Notes under the pieces: model-generated
Databases searched by the model: none
Seen by the model: the letters and a program-made list of their open reading frames with translations, nothing else
What the model was told of the DNA's origin: nothing
Program-made: the position numbers and the translations under genes
NCBI RefSeq assembly: GCF_006345805.1
Contig: NW_021824840.1
Span: 1 to 64,000, forward strand
DNA: 64,000 nt
Direction: 5' to 3'
Source of the DNA: Octopus sinensis
Lineage: Eukaryota
Shown: piece by piece, positions 13,912 through 26,284 of the stretch
Layout of the letters: every line of letters begins with the position of its first letter
Numbering within the stretch: position 1 is the stretch's first letter

Positions 13912-14287
13912 AAAATATTAGTTATCGCCATACCATATGGCATTCTTATAAAAATAAGAATAAAAGCTGACCGCTTATTAGCTCCATGAGGCCATCGCCT
14001 TAAGTTGCTATTTGATACACAAACTGTATCCATATAACCTTTGAACAAGGGAGGTCAGCGCTCTCCACACTACTTGCCGGCAGCTACAGACGCGTTTCGG
14101 GGTATTGCACTTTCAATGCAGCGTAGCCAAACCAGTAGGTGTATATATATATATAGATATATATTATTATTATATATATTATAATATATATATATATATA
14201 TATATACATATAAATCCTTAAATCCTTAAAAATGTTTTAGCCCGAAGGCCGCGGCCATGCTGGGGCACCACCGCTGAATGAGCTACA

Positions 14288-17250
14288 CTAGTTTGTGAAT
14301 CCACCTCTGATACGTGGCACTTGATCAACAAGGGAGTTCGATGCTGCTGCCCGCATCCGTGTCTCCTGTCGTGAGGTAGGTTCATCTGGGACTCCCAACA
14401 AGAAGAGATCCAGTTTAGTTTTAAAGAAACCCACATCCACACCATGTAAGTCTCTCAGGCATTTAGGGAGGATGTTAAAGAGCTGTGGTCCTCTGAAACC
14501 CAAGCTGTTGCAGTATCTGGACCTGTATTTTGATGGTGATGTTGGAATCCTTGGCACCACGCAGCGGCGCCCCGTTCTGCGGTTGGAGTAACTTTGAATG
14601 CCAAAGTTTGGGACAAGACCCTCCAGGATTTTCCAGATGTATATCACTGCATATCTCTTCCCGCCTCCGCTCCAGGGAGAAGAGGTTTAATACCTTCAGT
14701 CTTTCCCAGTAGCTGACATTTTGCATTGAGACGATTTTCTTTGTGTAGCTTCTCTGAGTTGCTTCGAGTTCTGCTGTTTGTTTTATATTGTGTGTGACAA
14801 AGTTGGGAGCAGTAGTCCAAGCGGCTGAGGACAAATGTTTTCCATAGGACCATCAGTGTCTCCTTCTCTCTTGTTCTGAAAGTTCGGAGAATCCATCCAG
14901 CTAGCCGTCTGCATTTTATCACCAGATTAGCAATATGCATTTGGAAAGATGCATTGCTCATGTCAATGCCCAGGTCACGCACTGATTTTGACTCAGGGAT
15001 TGCAATTCTTCCTGGGCCAGTGTATCCAGTCTTCACGTCATTTACCTTTGTGTGCCAGTAGCGCAGGGCCTGGAACTTACCTGCATTAAACTGCATGTTG
15101 TTGTCCTCAGCCCACCTGTATATTGTGTCCAGCTCATGTTGCAGATGCGCAATATTTTCAGGGTTTTGTATTGCGTGGGAGACTTTTGTGTCATCTGCAT
15201 AGCTAGCAAGGGTGGTCATCGTAGCAACTGAAGGCATGTCTGAAAGGGCCACTATGAACATCAGTGGCCCCAAGACAGTGCCCTGTGGGACACCGCTTGT
15301 TATTTGCGTTTCCCTGGAGGTGGCTCCATTGCTCACAACTGCCTGTTTTCTGTCTTTTAGGAAGTTGTGCAGCCACTCTCCAAGTTTCCCGCCTATGCCG
15401 AGACCACGCAGTTTGTGACAGATCATACCATGGTCGACTTTATCAAAGGCTTTTGCAAAGTCAAGATATATTACATCCACATTTGAGCCATTTAGTAGCT
15501 GTTTCAACACCCAGTCATAGTGTTGCAGGAGCTGTGTTAGGCAGCCTCTACCTGGTCGAAATCCATGCTGGGTGTCAGACAGTAAGTCATTTTCTTCAAG
15601 GAACATGATTAGTTTCTTACGGACTATTCGTTCCATGACTTTGCTGATGTGTGAGGTCAGAGAGATAGGCCTATAATTTTTAGCATCTGCTCTGCTACCT
15701 CCCTTATGGATAGGGCATATTACCCCCTCTTTCAGTTTGACTGGGAGCTTACCACTTGCAAGAAAGCTCTGAAAAAGAAGCTGTAGCGGTTTTGCAAGGG
15801 CTCGTTTGCACGATTTGAGAAGGATCGCTGGGAATCCATCAGGTCCAGCAGCTGAGTTTGTGTCAATCTCATCAATGGCTAGTGTGATATCATCTTCTTC
15901 GATGTTGATGTACTCAATTTTTGTCTCTTTGGTCGCTGGTAAAGTGGCAAAGAATTCTTCTGGGTTGTTTACTTGCCTGTGTCCTAGAGGTGTAGTGAAC
16001 ACACTTTGGACTGTTCATTCAGTATTTCACTTATCCTCGTGGGATTTCCTGTGAGAGAGCCATCTTTTTGGAAGAGAGGTCCTATTCTCTGGTGCACTGT
16101 GGCTGTCTCTTTGGCAAACTTAAAGAAAGCTTTAGGGTTTGATTTTATATTTTCTATTACCCAAGCTTCTTTATCTGCTCTCTCCTTTTCATGGGACTGA
16201 TGTAGACTTTTCTCAGTTTCCATTAGCATTCTTTCGAGCCGAGACTTCTCACCACTTTTGGTGTGCTTGCTCAGGCGGTTTGCAATCCTTGTCCGTCGTC
16301 TCATAAGAATCCTCCTTTCTCTAGGGATCCTGTTTTTGTTCTTGTGTGTGCTGGCCCTGCACATTGGGACATATTTGTCACATATGGCTTGTATTATGGA
16401 CATGAAGTGTTTGTGTTTCATGTTTATGTCCGGTGTGGAGAGACATTCAGGCCAATCCTGTTTGAGGATCTCTTTCTCAATCGACTTCCAGTTGGCTTTA
16501 TGAAAGTTTAAGTTGGAGAGATGGTGGGTGCTTCGTATAGGCTGTGTGTCTGCGGGGGCTTTTGTTCCATACATAGACAGCTCTATTATGTTGTGATCCG
16601 AGATCATTGTCGGCATCACATTAACATTATGGATAATATCCATATTGTTTGTAAAGCAGAGATCCAGTATATTATCTGCCCTGGTTGGTTGCAGAACTAT
16701 TTGCTCCATGAAAGAGGTATTTGTGAGATGGAGCAGGGACTCCACCTGTGCCTGCTGATGGTGTGTCATCCCTGGGAGCATCTGCCCCCCAGGCCATTCC
16801 ACATTGGGGAGGTTAAAGTCACCCATGAAGAAACACTGTTGTGCTGTTCAAGGTTGGTGAGGACTCCTCCTATTTTTGTTAGGCAGTCTTCAAACATGCC
16901 TGAGTGTTTTGGGGCGTCTGGTGGGCGATATGTAGTGCATATGACGATATTCAGTGTCTTATGTGTACAATTTGAGTTTCACATACTGAGTTTGAATATG
17001 ACAGCAGGACCTGGGGCGTGAGGTCATCTCGGATGTACATTGCAACTCCACCATGGCTCCTCCCTTTTCTATCTGTGCGTATGACTGCATATTGCGGCAT
17101 GTGTATTTCTGCATCACCTATATCGGGTTCAAGATGCGTTTCTGTGAGTGCCATGCATATAGCTTGATTGCATGTCACAAGTCTCTCAGGAATGAAATTT
17201 TCTTTTTACAGTTTCCGCGCAGCAGCCCTCCTACATTCAGTAGAAATATT
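14288..17250 (-). CDS. LINE ORF2 (AP endonuclease + reverse transcriptase), frameshifted in this sequence
   Basis: APE motifs ALTETHL, IRTDR..GGVAMY, YRPP, MGDFNLPN, SDHN. RT motifs AGPDG, NYRPISL, QHGFRPGR, YLDFAKAFDKVDH, GVPQGTVLGP, YADD. CR1-like C-terminus YIWKILEGLVPN. Stitched from track ORFs 16951-17178, 15984-16826, 14644-16002, 14475-14834, 14288-14647. Confidence 0.92.
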
Positions 17251-18130
17251 TTTGTGGTGTGTGTGTTGGTGTTGGTGTCTGTGGTGGCCATCCTGCATCT
17301 GTTGGAGGTGGCCTTATGTGGTGGTAGTTCCAGCTTTGTGCTTGTAGCCAGGTCAGCTGCTGAACAATTTTTTGTGCCATGCACAAAAAAGACTGCTGTT
17401 CAGCTGCCGCCCTTCTCACATCTGGGTGAAGCTGGCCACCTGTTGGGTTTCCGCGCACCACATCTGCATACCGTCTTTCAGTAGTGGTCAGTGCGCTTTT
17501 TTCCCTTCTTTTAACTTTTTGTTTTTGTTCTCCCTGAGGGAGGGACCTCTGTCTCGCGTCCGTGCGGTTTTGGTAGGGCCTCCGATGTGCAAAGCGACAG
17601 TTTGCACCTTCAACGCCGTACCAGCAGTCCCCCTCAGGTAGAATTTGCAGGTGTTTCTTTCCCTGCCCTTACAGTTTTTGCTGGGGTCCCTCTGCTTTCT
17701 CTGGACAGGGCTTCCGTTAGCCTTGATTCTGTCACCCTTTACCTCCTGCTTCCCATCAATTCCAGGGTGCCTTTCCTTTCTTGCGGCCATCGCACCTCTT
17801 TGGTCTTCAGTTGTGGTGTTGGAAGCTGGACATGTGTCATCGTTTCCCTTGGTCCAGGCTTCTCCATTTGGCTCTGGATGCTTTCCTCATCCTTTTGGCC
17901 CTCCCTGCTGCCGTCACCTCCCAGGATGATGTCCAGGGTGTCCATATGTTGCCTGATTAGAGCGTACGAACGGATAACTTCTCTCTTCTTTCGCTCTATC
18001 TGGGCGGTGTGGTTCTCGAAAAATTGTTGCTTTTCAGCGCCGCAGCAATAATGTCGTTCGGCGAGTCGTCCTCAGCGATCTTCAAGCGCGGACGAACAAT
18101 TGCACCTCTCTCGCAGACCAGTTTCTTGCC
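17237..18130 (-). CDS. LINE ORF1 with one C-x7-C-x8-C-x3-H zinc finger (frameshifted)
   Basis: Restoring one G to the run at 17629-17633 gives CKFYLRGDCWYGVEGANCRFAH (17585-17649), in frame to TGA at 17237. The 5' boundary is uncertain. Confidence 0.7.
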
Positions 18131-20388
18131 ATTTTCTTCTAGTGAAATATAGGAACAGAGAGAGAGATAGAGAAGGAGAGATATGGAGAGGGAGAAGAGA
18201 AAGGAGAAAAGCCAGGGGGGGATATAGAGAGAGAGACGAGGGGATTTTCCTGAGAGAAGAGAGAAAGAGAGAAAATAAGAGGGAAAAAAGAGAAAGTGAG
18301 AGAATGGCAGGTCAGCAGGGGGAGAGTGAGCGGGATAGAGGTGAAGTAGAAAGGGACAGGGTGGAAAAGTGAGACAAGAGGGTGGACCCTAGGGGGGGCA
18401 GGGAGAAGAAAGGAGGAGAGAAAAATGGAGAGGAAGAGAGAGATGAAATGGAGAGGGAGAGAGAGAGAGGGCAGGATAGAGGTACCAGGGAGTGAAGTAA
18501 AGGGACAGAGAGGGTGGTGTGGAGGAAGGAGACAGAGAGAGGAAAAAAGAGACAGGGGGGGGGTGAGCCTTAGAGGGAACAGGGAGAGGAAAGGTAGGAA
18601 GAAAAAAGGGGGGAAGAGGAAGAGAGGGGGGCGCAACAGAGTGTAGTAAAGGGACAGGGAGGGTGGTGTAGAGAAAGAAATAAGGGGACAGAAGGGGAAG
18701 AGGAAAAGGGGTTTGACCTGTGAAGGAGCGGAGAGGAAAGAGGCAGAGAGAGGGAGGGGGGAGTAGAGAGAAAGAGAGAGAGAGAGAGAAAGAGGGCGGT
18801 ATATAGATACAAGAGAGAATGAGTGAAGTTGAGGAACTGAGAGAGGGGGTGAGGTGAGAGAAAGTTGATCTGAGAGAGATGCAGAAAGAGAAACGATTGC
18901 AGAGGGAGAGAGAGGGAGGAGGGGGAGAGTGAGAGCGGAAATAGAGGGTCTGGTGGATGGGGAGACAGATAAGGTATAAACTGTATGAGAGAGATAGAAA
19001 TAGAAATGTAAGAAAGAGAGGGAGAGATTATAAAGATAGAATAGCGCGTATTTTTATATCTTTTTAATTATTATTTTCTGTTTGAAAGAACACTAATGAT
19101 AACAAATAATAAAAATGTATGAGAGAGATAGTAATAGAAATGTAAAAAAGAGAAAGAGAGTGCGTGGCAGGCACAGAGGACGAAATTATAAAGATTATAA
19201 AGATAGAATACCGCGTATTTTTATATTTATATCTTTTTTTTTTTTTTTTTTTTTTTAATTATTTTCTGTTTGAAAGAACACTAATGATAACAAGATAAAT
19301 AATATCTTACCTTACCGGCTGAGAGAGAGTACTTACGTGATTCCTTTTTATAAGAAAGGAAGATAGATAGACAAGACAGACCTTTTATATTCCTCCCCAA
19401 GCGCACTTTGTAAACAAAAGGGGTTTGAGTTTCGATTTAGCACATGCAACAGTTTCACGATACTTTCTATATTTTCCTAAGCGATTTGGTATTAAGCAGC
19501 AAATTTTTCAGAGGCTTTTTTCAGAACACGCAGATATACATCAAAACGAAAATATCCTTCTCAAAATACTGTGTCTTGTTTGATTCACAGACGAAGAATA
19601 AAATTCACTTCGATTTCGGGAAGTAACACACGTGCGTTTTAACACGTGTATTCCGAGTATGTTCTAGTTGCAAATACTACATCAAAAGCGAAAATATTCT
19701 TCTCAAATACAGTGACTTGTTGTACTATCACTTATATTCGCTTTGCAGACAATTTCGCTTCTGATAACATCGATCTCTGGAAGGACTTCTTTAATATTTA
19801 GGAGAGACACGTTAACACACTTGTTGTTAGTTCAGCGCCATCTTATACACACACATATACACATATACATACACACATATATACACATATAAAATATATA
19901 TAGTTATCATTTCTATTTCTTTAATTATCTGTGTATTTTATATTGTTTGCAGGATCCACTATCGTCATAGTTGTGGTGTGCGCTATTGCTCCATTCTAGT
20001 TTTCTATTCAGGCTAGGTTTTTTTCTATTATATGTGTAGCTTCTGTAATTTGTCTAATTGTTGCATCTGTTCTATGTGTGGACAATATCTTAATCTCTAT
20101 GTTATTGATTGACCCCCGTGTATCTTGTTCAGCGTGTGGTACAGAATCCTGTGACCACTGATGCGGTCACAGGAGTGTAGAAAAAAGAACTTTGGCCGAA
20201 ATAAGATAAGATTAATGTAAGTAAGAAATAAAATCACTGAAGCAAAATAACACCAAATATATAGTGCGTGTGTTTTTATTGGCTAACTGGCAATATGACC
20301 ATTCCTAAATATAACAATATCTGTTTCAACACACGACTTCACATAAAAAATCTTGCACAAACAAAATATTAAACGTATATATATATAC

Positions 20389-21074
20389 GTGAGCCATATA
20401 GTGACCACTCTTATATTTATTTTGTAAAAATATTATAATATATTATAAAATATTATAATAATCCAGGTTTCTCGGAGCACTAGGCCACTTGGTGTTGAAT
20501 AGATATACTATAAATTAGTATCTAATTCTCTCACCCTATTAATTAATTATAATTATGCTGAATTATTTCTAAATGCTGTATTTGTTTTCCGTGAAAGTTT
20601 GGCGCGCTGTTAGTGGGGCATTTGAATTATAACGTCGGATGTAATCAATTGAACCACACGCGTATTTATCGTTATGGTAAAATCTGGCGTGTGATTGAGT
20701 GGATTCATCCAGATAGTTTTGGCTGAGGAGCTACAAGTGTGGATTTTTTTGTAATAAAATTACATTTAATTCATTAATAGCGAAACAATTGTCCCAAAAT
20801 AATCTGTATTTTTGTTATTTTTTATTTGCCCTGTCCGTGTGAGCTAACAATCGTACTGACTTTCATGGAAACATGTATTTTTGTGGTTGAAACCTTTTGG
20901 ATTAACTGGTGCTAGAGTGAGCCATATAGTGACCACTCTCTTATATTTATTTTGTAAAAATATTATAATATATTATAAAATATTATAATAATCCAGGTTT
21001 CTCGGAGCACTAGGCCACTTGGTGTTGAATAGATATACTATTAAATTAGTATCTAATTCTCTCACCCTTATTAA

Positions 21075-21083
<9 letters not shown>
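20389..21083. repeat. About 165-bp direct repeats flanking 365 bp
   Basis: 20389-20551 and 20917-21083 differ only by small indels. Confidence 0.93.
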
Positions 21084-21138
<55 letters not shown>

Positions 21139-21442
21139 ATATACATATACATTATATAACATTATATAACATACGTTTAGCAAACATACATAGAACCTCG
21201 CTCTGTATATTAACTTTGTTGCTAAAATCACAGAGCTCTTTCTGCGCAATAGTTTGATGAATGGTTCGACTAGGTCCATAGGTCATCATCAGCTTCTCAT
21301 GCGTATTCATTTCATCCAATCGACTGCAAGAAAGAAGGTGTAGCAACCACTGAAAAATGCAATGAACAACACCCACTACTTTTGCTTACTCTTCTCTCAG
21401 TATATTCGATAGTGTCGTAGATTTGTTAATTTCAGTACCGAG

Positions 21443-21952
21443 CAATGGCGGCTCATAGATATAATTAGTGGGGGTGCAGCTTCAGATAATTTTTAGCCGT
21501 TGTTTTAATATTGTGTAAAAGGAAACAAACATATAAAAAGAAAATTTATACATAAACTTGATCGGTCCGCGTTTTAGCACTGCTGGATAGTGTGTTAAAT
21601 TTGCTCACTGAACTTTGCCGCGAATTCCCCATTGTTTTTCAAAAATCCCTCCTAAATCACAAAATAAGTGGGGGGAAATATGTCCTATTTTTCAAATCCT
21701 GGCAGCAACACTGAAGCTGGAAGCAGGATAACAATCTAATTCCACACTTTATCAAACTGAAAAATATAAACACGATTTCAAGGACAACACACACAGAGTC
21801 AAAAAGAAACACTACCTTTCACCGGAACACCGGGGTTGGCACTGTCGCTCACGTAATGCTCTCTCTCTCTCTCTCTCTTTCTTCTCTCTCCTCTCTCGTC
21901 TCCTCTCCGCTCCTCCTCTCTCTCGCTCCTCTCTCATTCCTCTCTCTCCTCT

Positions 21953-22027
<75 letters not shown>

Positions 22028-22289
22028 CTCTCCCTAGAGTGAAGCTTCCTATCTCGGACATGTGAGCATGCGCCCAACAGCCAAATACCGTGTCGTTGGA
22101 ACTGTGAAGCGCACAGTTCTATACAAGGATTTTTGTATTTTTTTCAGAAATTAGGGGATGGCTTCTGACATTAATCTTAAGGATGATATAAGGAAAAGGG
22201 ACTCATTGTATTGAATGTTATCGATAATATCGAGTGGAAGAAATAGGGGGTGCCGCAGTTCCTCAGTGCCTATACACGAGCCGCCACTG
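21443..22289. mobile_element. hAT-type non-autonomous element
   Basis: TIRs CA(A/G)TGGCGGCTC at both ends; 8-bp TSD GTACCGAG/GTACCGGG. Confidence 0.85.
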
Positions 22290-22654
22290 GTACCGGGACA
22301 ATATATCTGTATAAATAAATTTGTATACATACGTTTAGCCTTACTGTAGGTGTATATATGTGTGCTTATGGAGAGAGAAGGAATGAGATAGTTTGCGTGT
22401 GTGCGTATATATATACATATATATATGTATGTATGTATATTTCTATTTATGTATGTATATGTTTTGTGTGCGTATGTGCATGTGCGTATTTATGCATGCG
22501 CGTGTATGTATGTATGTACATGTGTTCGTGTGTTTACGTACGGTTAACAGCGCTGTGCAGTACGCTTTTAATTAATCCGCCATACCAACATATAGAACTG
22601 ATACGCGAATCAGTAAAACCAGCGCCGTTTGTTCAAAGCAAGTTTTATTAGTTA

Positions 22655-23026
22655 CTAGCAGTATCGCCCGGCGTTGCTCAGGTTTGTAAGGGAAATAACT
22701 ATAAAGCATTTTTAGAGAGTTATAGCCAAAAACTGGAAAAAAAATGATGGTAAATTTTTTTTAGTTAAAAACGGTCGAGTTGCGTCCCCTAGACAGTCTG
22801 TGGTTTTGTGTTTCTGATTCTCGACCCCATGTCGAATTTATCGATTTTTTTCAGAACTGGGGGAACTTTTCAAAATTTTCGCTGGGTTAGTTTTGAATTA
22901 TGACATTGGGCTATGTGTGTGTCAAGTTTCATCAGAATCGGTTGAAAGCCGTGGTCAGGGTGAGGGTACAACCTGACAGACACACAGAAACACACACAGA
23001 CAAACTGCCGTTTATATATAGAGAGA
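22655..23026 (-). mobile_element. Non-autonomous Helitron
   Basis: 5' TC, 3' CTAG, subterminal hairpin CCTGAGCAACGCCGGG, inserted between A and T. Confidence 0.85.
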
Positions 23027-23127
23027 TAAACTCCACACACACACACTTCCCTCCCTCCCCCTCTCTCCTTCTTTTTCACTCTCTGAGTCTCTTCCTCTTT
23101 CTTTCTGTCTCGACTGAATGACGCAAG

Positions 23128-23171
23128 CAGTCCTGATGAACTTGTAACTTAAAGGTGAAATCAATCGAACT
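23128..23171 (+). ncRNA. Candidate minimal hammerhead, decayed stem I
   Basis: CUGAUGA ACUU GUAACUUAA AGGU GAAAU CA AUC GAAC. Confidence 0.4.
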
Positions 23172-23340
23172 TGTTTTTTTTTTTTTATTCCTTTCTGAAG
23201 AGAAAGCTATCTCGTTTAATCGCGAAAACTATCTGCAATTTTCGTCCGTTTTAGTTGATCATATTGTTCCCACCACCAATACTTATTTATGTCTGTTCAT
23301 TATCCCAATCATTCTCTATTTATAGAAAGGTTATGTTACA

Positions 23341-23740
23341 TTTGGCTGTGTGGTAAGTAGCTTGCTAACCAACCACATGGTTCCGGGTTCAGTCCCACTG
23401 CGTGGCATCTTGGGCAAGTGTCTTCTGCTATAGCCTCGGGCCGACCAATGCCTTGTGAGTGGATTTGGTAGACAGAAACTGAAAGAAGCCTGTCGTATAT
23501 ATGTATATATATATGTGTGTATGTATGTGTGTGTGTTTGTCCCCCTAGCATTGCTTGACAACCGATGCTGGTGTGTTTACGTCCCCGTCACTTAGCGGTT
23601 CGGCAAAAGAGACCGATAGAATAAGTACTGGGCTTACAAAGAATAAGTCCCGGGGTCGATTTGCTCGACTAAAGGCGGTGCTCCAGCATGGCCGCAGTCA
23701 AATGACTGAAACAAGTAAAAGAGTAAAGAGTAAAGAGTAA
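23341..23740 (+). mobile_element. OK-like SINE (young, complete)
   Basis: Complete head, body and GTAAAAGA x3 tail. Confidence 0.92.
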
Positions 23741-24564
23741 CTAAACACACTGGTTTTTTCCGGAAAACACACACACACACACACTAAGTCGCCAATTTTG
23801 AGGGGAGGGATCAGTCTATACCATCGGCCTAGACTTTATTGGGGCTTTATTGGTCGGTTTTGAACTCAGAACATAGTGTAGCGTAACTAATTTCCGCAAA
23901 GTATTTTGTTCGACGCTCCAAAGAGTCTACCTATACACTGCCATTTTAATAGTTGTTTCTAAAATTGGTTTCAAATTTTGGCGCAAGGCCAGCAATTTGG
24001 GGGCAGGGGCTAAGTCTATTAAATCGACCCCAGTGCTCAAATGGTACTTATATTATCGAGCCTGAAAGAATGAAAGGCAAAGTCGACCCCGGCGGTATTT
24101 AAACTCAGAACGCAAAGTCGGAAGAAATGCAGCTAAGCATCTAGTCCGACGTGGAAATGATTCTGCCAGCTCGCTACCTTAGTTCTATCTAACAAAGCCT
24201 GAAATTTTGAAGAGGGTGAGAGTGGGGTACTTTTGCCGACAGTATTACTTTGTTATCAACTCCGAGAGGATGAAAAGCAAAGTTGACCTAGACGGGATTT
24301 GAACTCAGGACATAGACAGTCGCTAAGAATTTTGTCCGAGTCTTTAACGATTCAGCTTTTCTATCGCCTTTATATTCTAAACTTGGACCCAAGGCCATCA
24401 GTTTTTAGAAGATGGAATTAGTCAATACCATCAATCCCTTTATTTTATCGGACTTGGAAGGATGAAAGGCAAGTGACCTGGGCGAGATATGAACTCAGAC
24501 CTTAAAGAAGCGTAACAAATCGTTCAAGATACTTTGTCCTAGGCTCGAACGATTCTAACAATAT

Positions 24565-24888
24565 TTGGCACTCCGTCGGTTACGACGACGTAGGTTCCAG
24601 TTGATCCAATCAAAGGAACACCCAGCTCGTGAAATTAACGTGCAAGTGGCTGAGCACTCCACAGTCACGTGAACCTCTAACGTAGTTCTCACGGAGATTC
24701 AGCGTGGCACAGAATGTGGCAAAGCTGGCCTTTTCAAATACAAGTACTTCTTATTTTAGCCAGCTGAGTGGAGTGGAGCAACGTTAAATGAAGTGCCTTG
24801 CTCAAGGACACAACGCGTCACCGAGAACTGCACTCACGACCATACAATCGTGAGTCGAATACCCTAACCACTAAACTACGCGCCTTCA
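24565..24888 (-). mobile_element. Older SINE with CORE/Meta-like central domain and OR-type tail
   Basis: Central GTGTCCTTGAGCAAGGCACTTCATTT..CCACTCAGCTGG; the 3' part aligns to the OR-like tail (CGTCGTAACCGACGGAGTGC). Confidence 0.7.
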
Positions 24889-24990
24889 CTCTAACAATAA
24901 TATCATTTTTTTTATTATAGTTGCTACATGAGTGACAGATTAGAGAACATGGTAGGGACAAGGTAGAACATGGTGGAGAACATGGTAGGA

Positions 24991-25226
24991 AAGGCGGCGA
25001 GCTGGCAGAAACGTTAGCGTGCCGGGCGAAATGCTTTGCGGTATTTCGTCTGGCGCAACGTTGTGAGTTCAAATTCCGCTGAGGTCGACTTTGCCTTTCA
25101 GCCTTTCGGGGTCGATAAATTAAGTACCATTTACGCACTGGGGTCGATGTAATCGACTTAATACCTATGTCTGTCCTTGTTTGTCCCCTCTATGTTTAGC
25201 CCCTTGTGGGTAATAAAGAAATAGGT
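24991..25226 (+). mobile_element. Nin/Deu-like SINE monomer (tail A)
   Basis: Full head GGCGGCGAGCTGGCAGAAACG, core and tail, ending GAAATAGGTA. Confidence 0.9.
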
Positions 25227-26284
25227 AGGGACAAGTTTACACAAAGCATGACGGTTTTCATTCAAATCGAATAAAATGATATGAATAGTAACACAGGAGG
25301 ACCGCCACCTAGGGGAAATAAGGGGAAATAACCAATCAAGGGGAAATAATCTCTAACATGGACACAAGGTTACACATTATGTGAGAAGCGCTACAGTTGT
25401 TTAAATTGAAAAATATTACTTCACTGGTACCGACTGATGAATGTGAAAGGCAAAGTTGACATTGATGGGTTTGAGCTCAGATCAAACAATATTACAACCG
25501 CCTCTTTAGTAAAAGTGAAAGCAGCAGCGTTAACAACAGGAACATTAATATTAATAGTATTTAATACTAATAATAACAGGAAAAATAATTGCAATTAATT
25601 ATCCGTTACGTCACTAGACCTCCCCTTCTCCTATAGAACATCAAACTTGTCTCCCGCCCCACTCCGACCATTTCTGTCCCCTACTCAATGCCGCCATTCA
25701 GTCTAAAGGGTCAGTTTGTGAACTGATCCACTTTGGTATTTATCAATGAACTGCTTTGTTTTCCCATCTGAATATGGTTATTGCACGAGGGGTACTGAGG
25801 GCAAAATACGGGAAGAAGTAACAGGAGGAAGGAGAGCTGAAGACAGGCAGGTAGGCAGGTAAGTAGTAATAGTAGTAGTAGTAGTAGTAGTAGTAGCAGC
25901 AGCAGCAGCAGTAGTAGTAGTAGTCTCGCATACACATACACATAGACACTCTAAAATTAGGTTAGCGGAAGTTAAAAAATAGTTCACTGAAAAACCCTGT
26001 TAGAACAACAATTAATAAATATGTAATTAGTACATCACTGTCTGTCTTCAAAAAATTATATTTCAACTATTTCGTTAGTTTATTGTAAACAGAGGTATAT
26101 ATGAGAGTGTAGTTACTGCAGTGCAGAATTAGCGGTCCGGTTTCGATTCGAGATTAAATTTGTTTTGATTTTTTTTTCTTTCTTTTTTTTTACTTTTATT
26201 ATTAAATCCTTTGTAAATGAAATAAGCATCTCTGAATCAATGAATTCCGGGACTTCTATTTCCCTGGAGCATTCTTTTCATTCA

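Larger units (their letters stand above)
14210..18140 (-). mobile_element. Near full-length non-LTR retrotransposon (CR1/Jockey group LINE)
   Basis: ORF1 with CCCH finger, ORF2 with APE and RT motifs, a short 3' end with stem-loop, and a terminal (AAGGATTT)-type repeat at about 14210-14232. No TSD resolvable because the flanks are microsatellite or low-complexity. Confidence 0.93.

Noticed and set aside
21152-21376. Possible hAT transposase piece next to the hAT MITE
   Set aside because: No recognisable hAT motif in any frame, and it lies outside the TIR/TSD boundaries.
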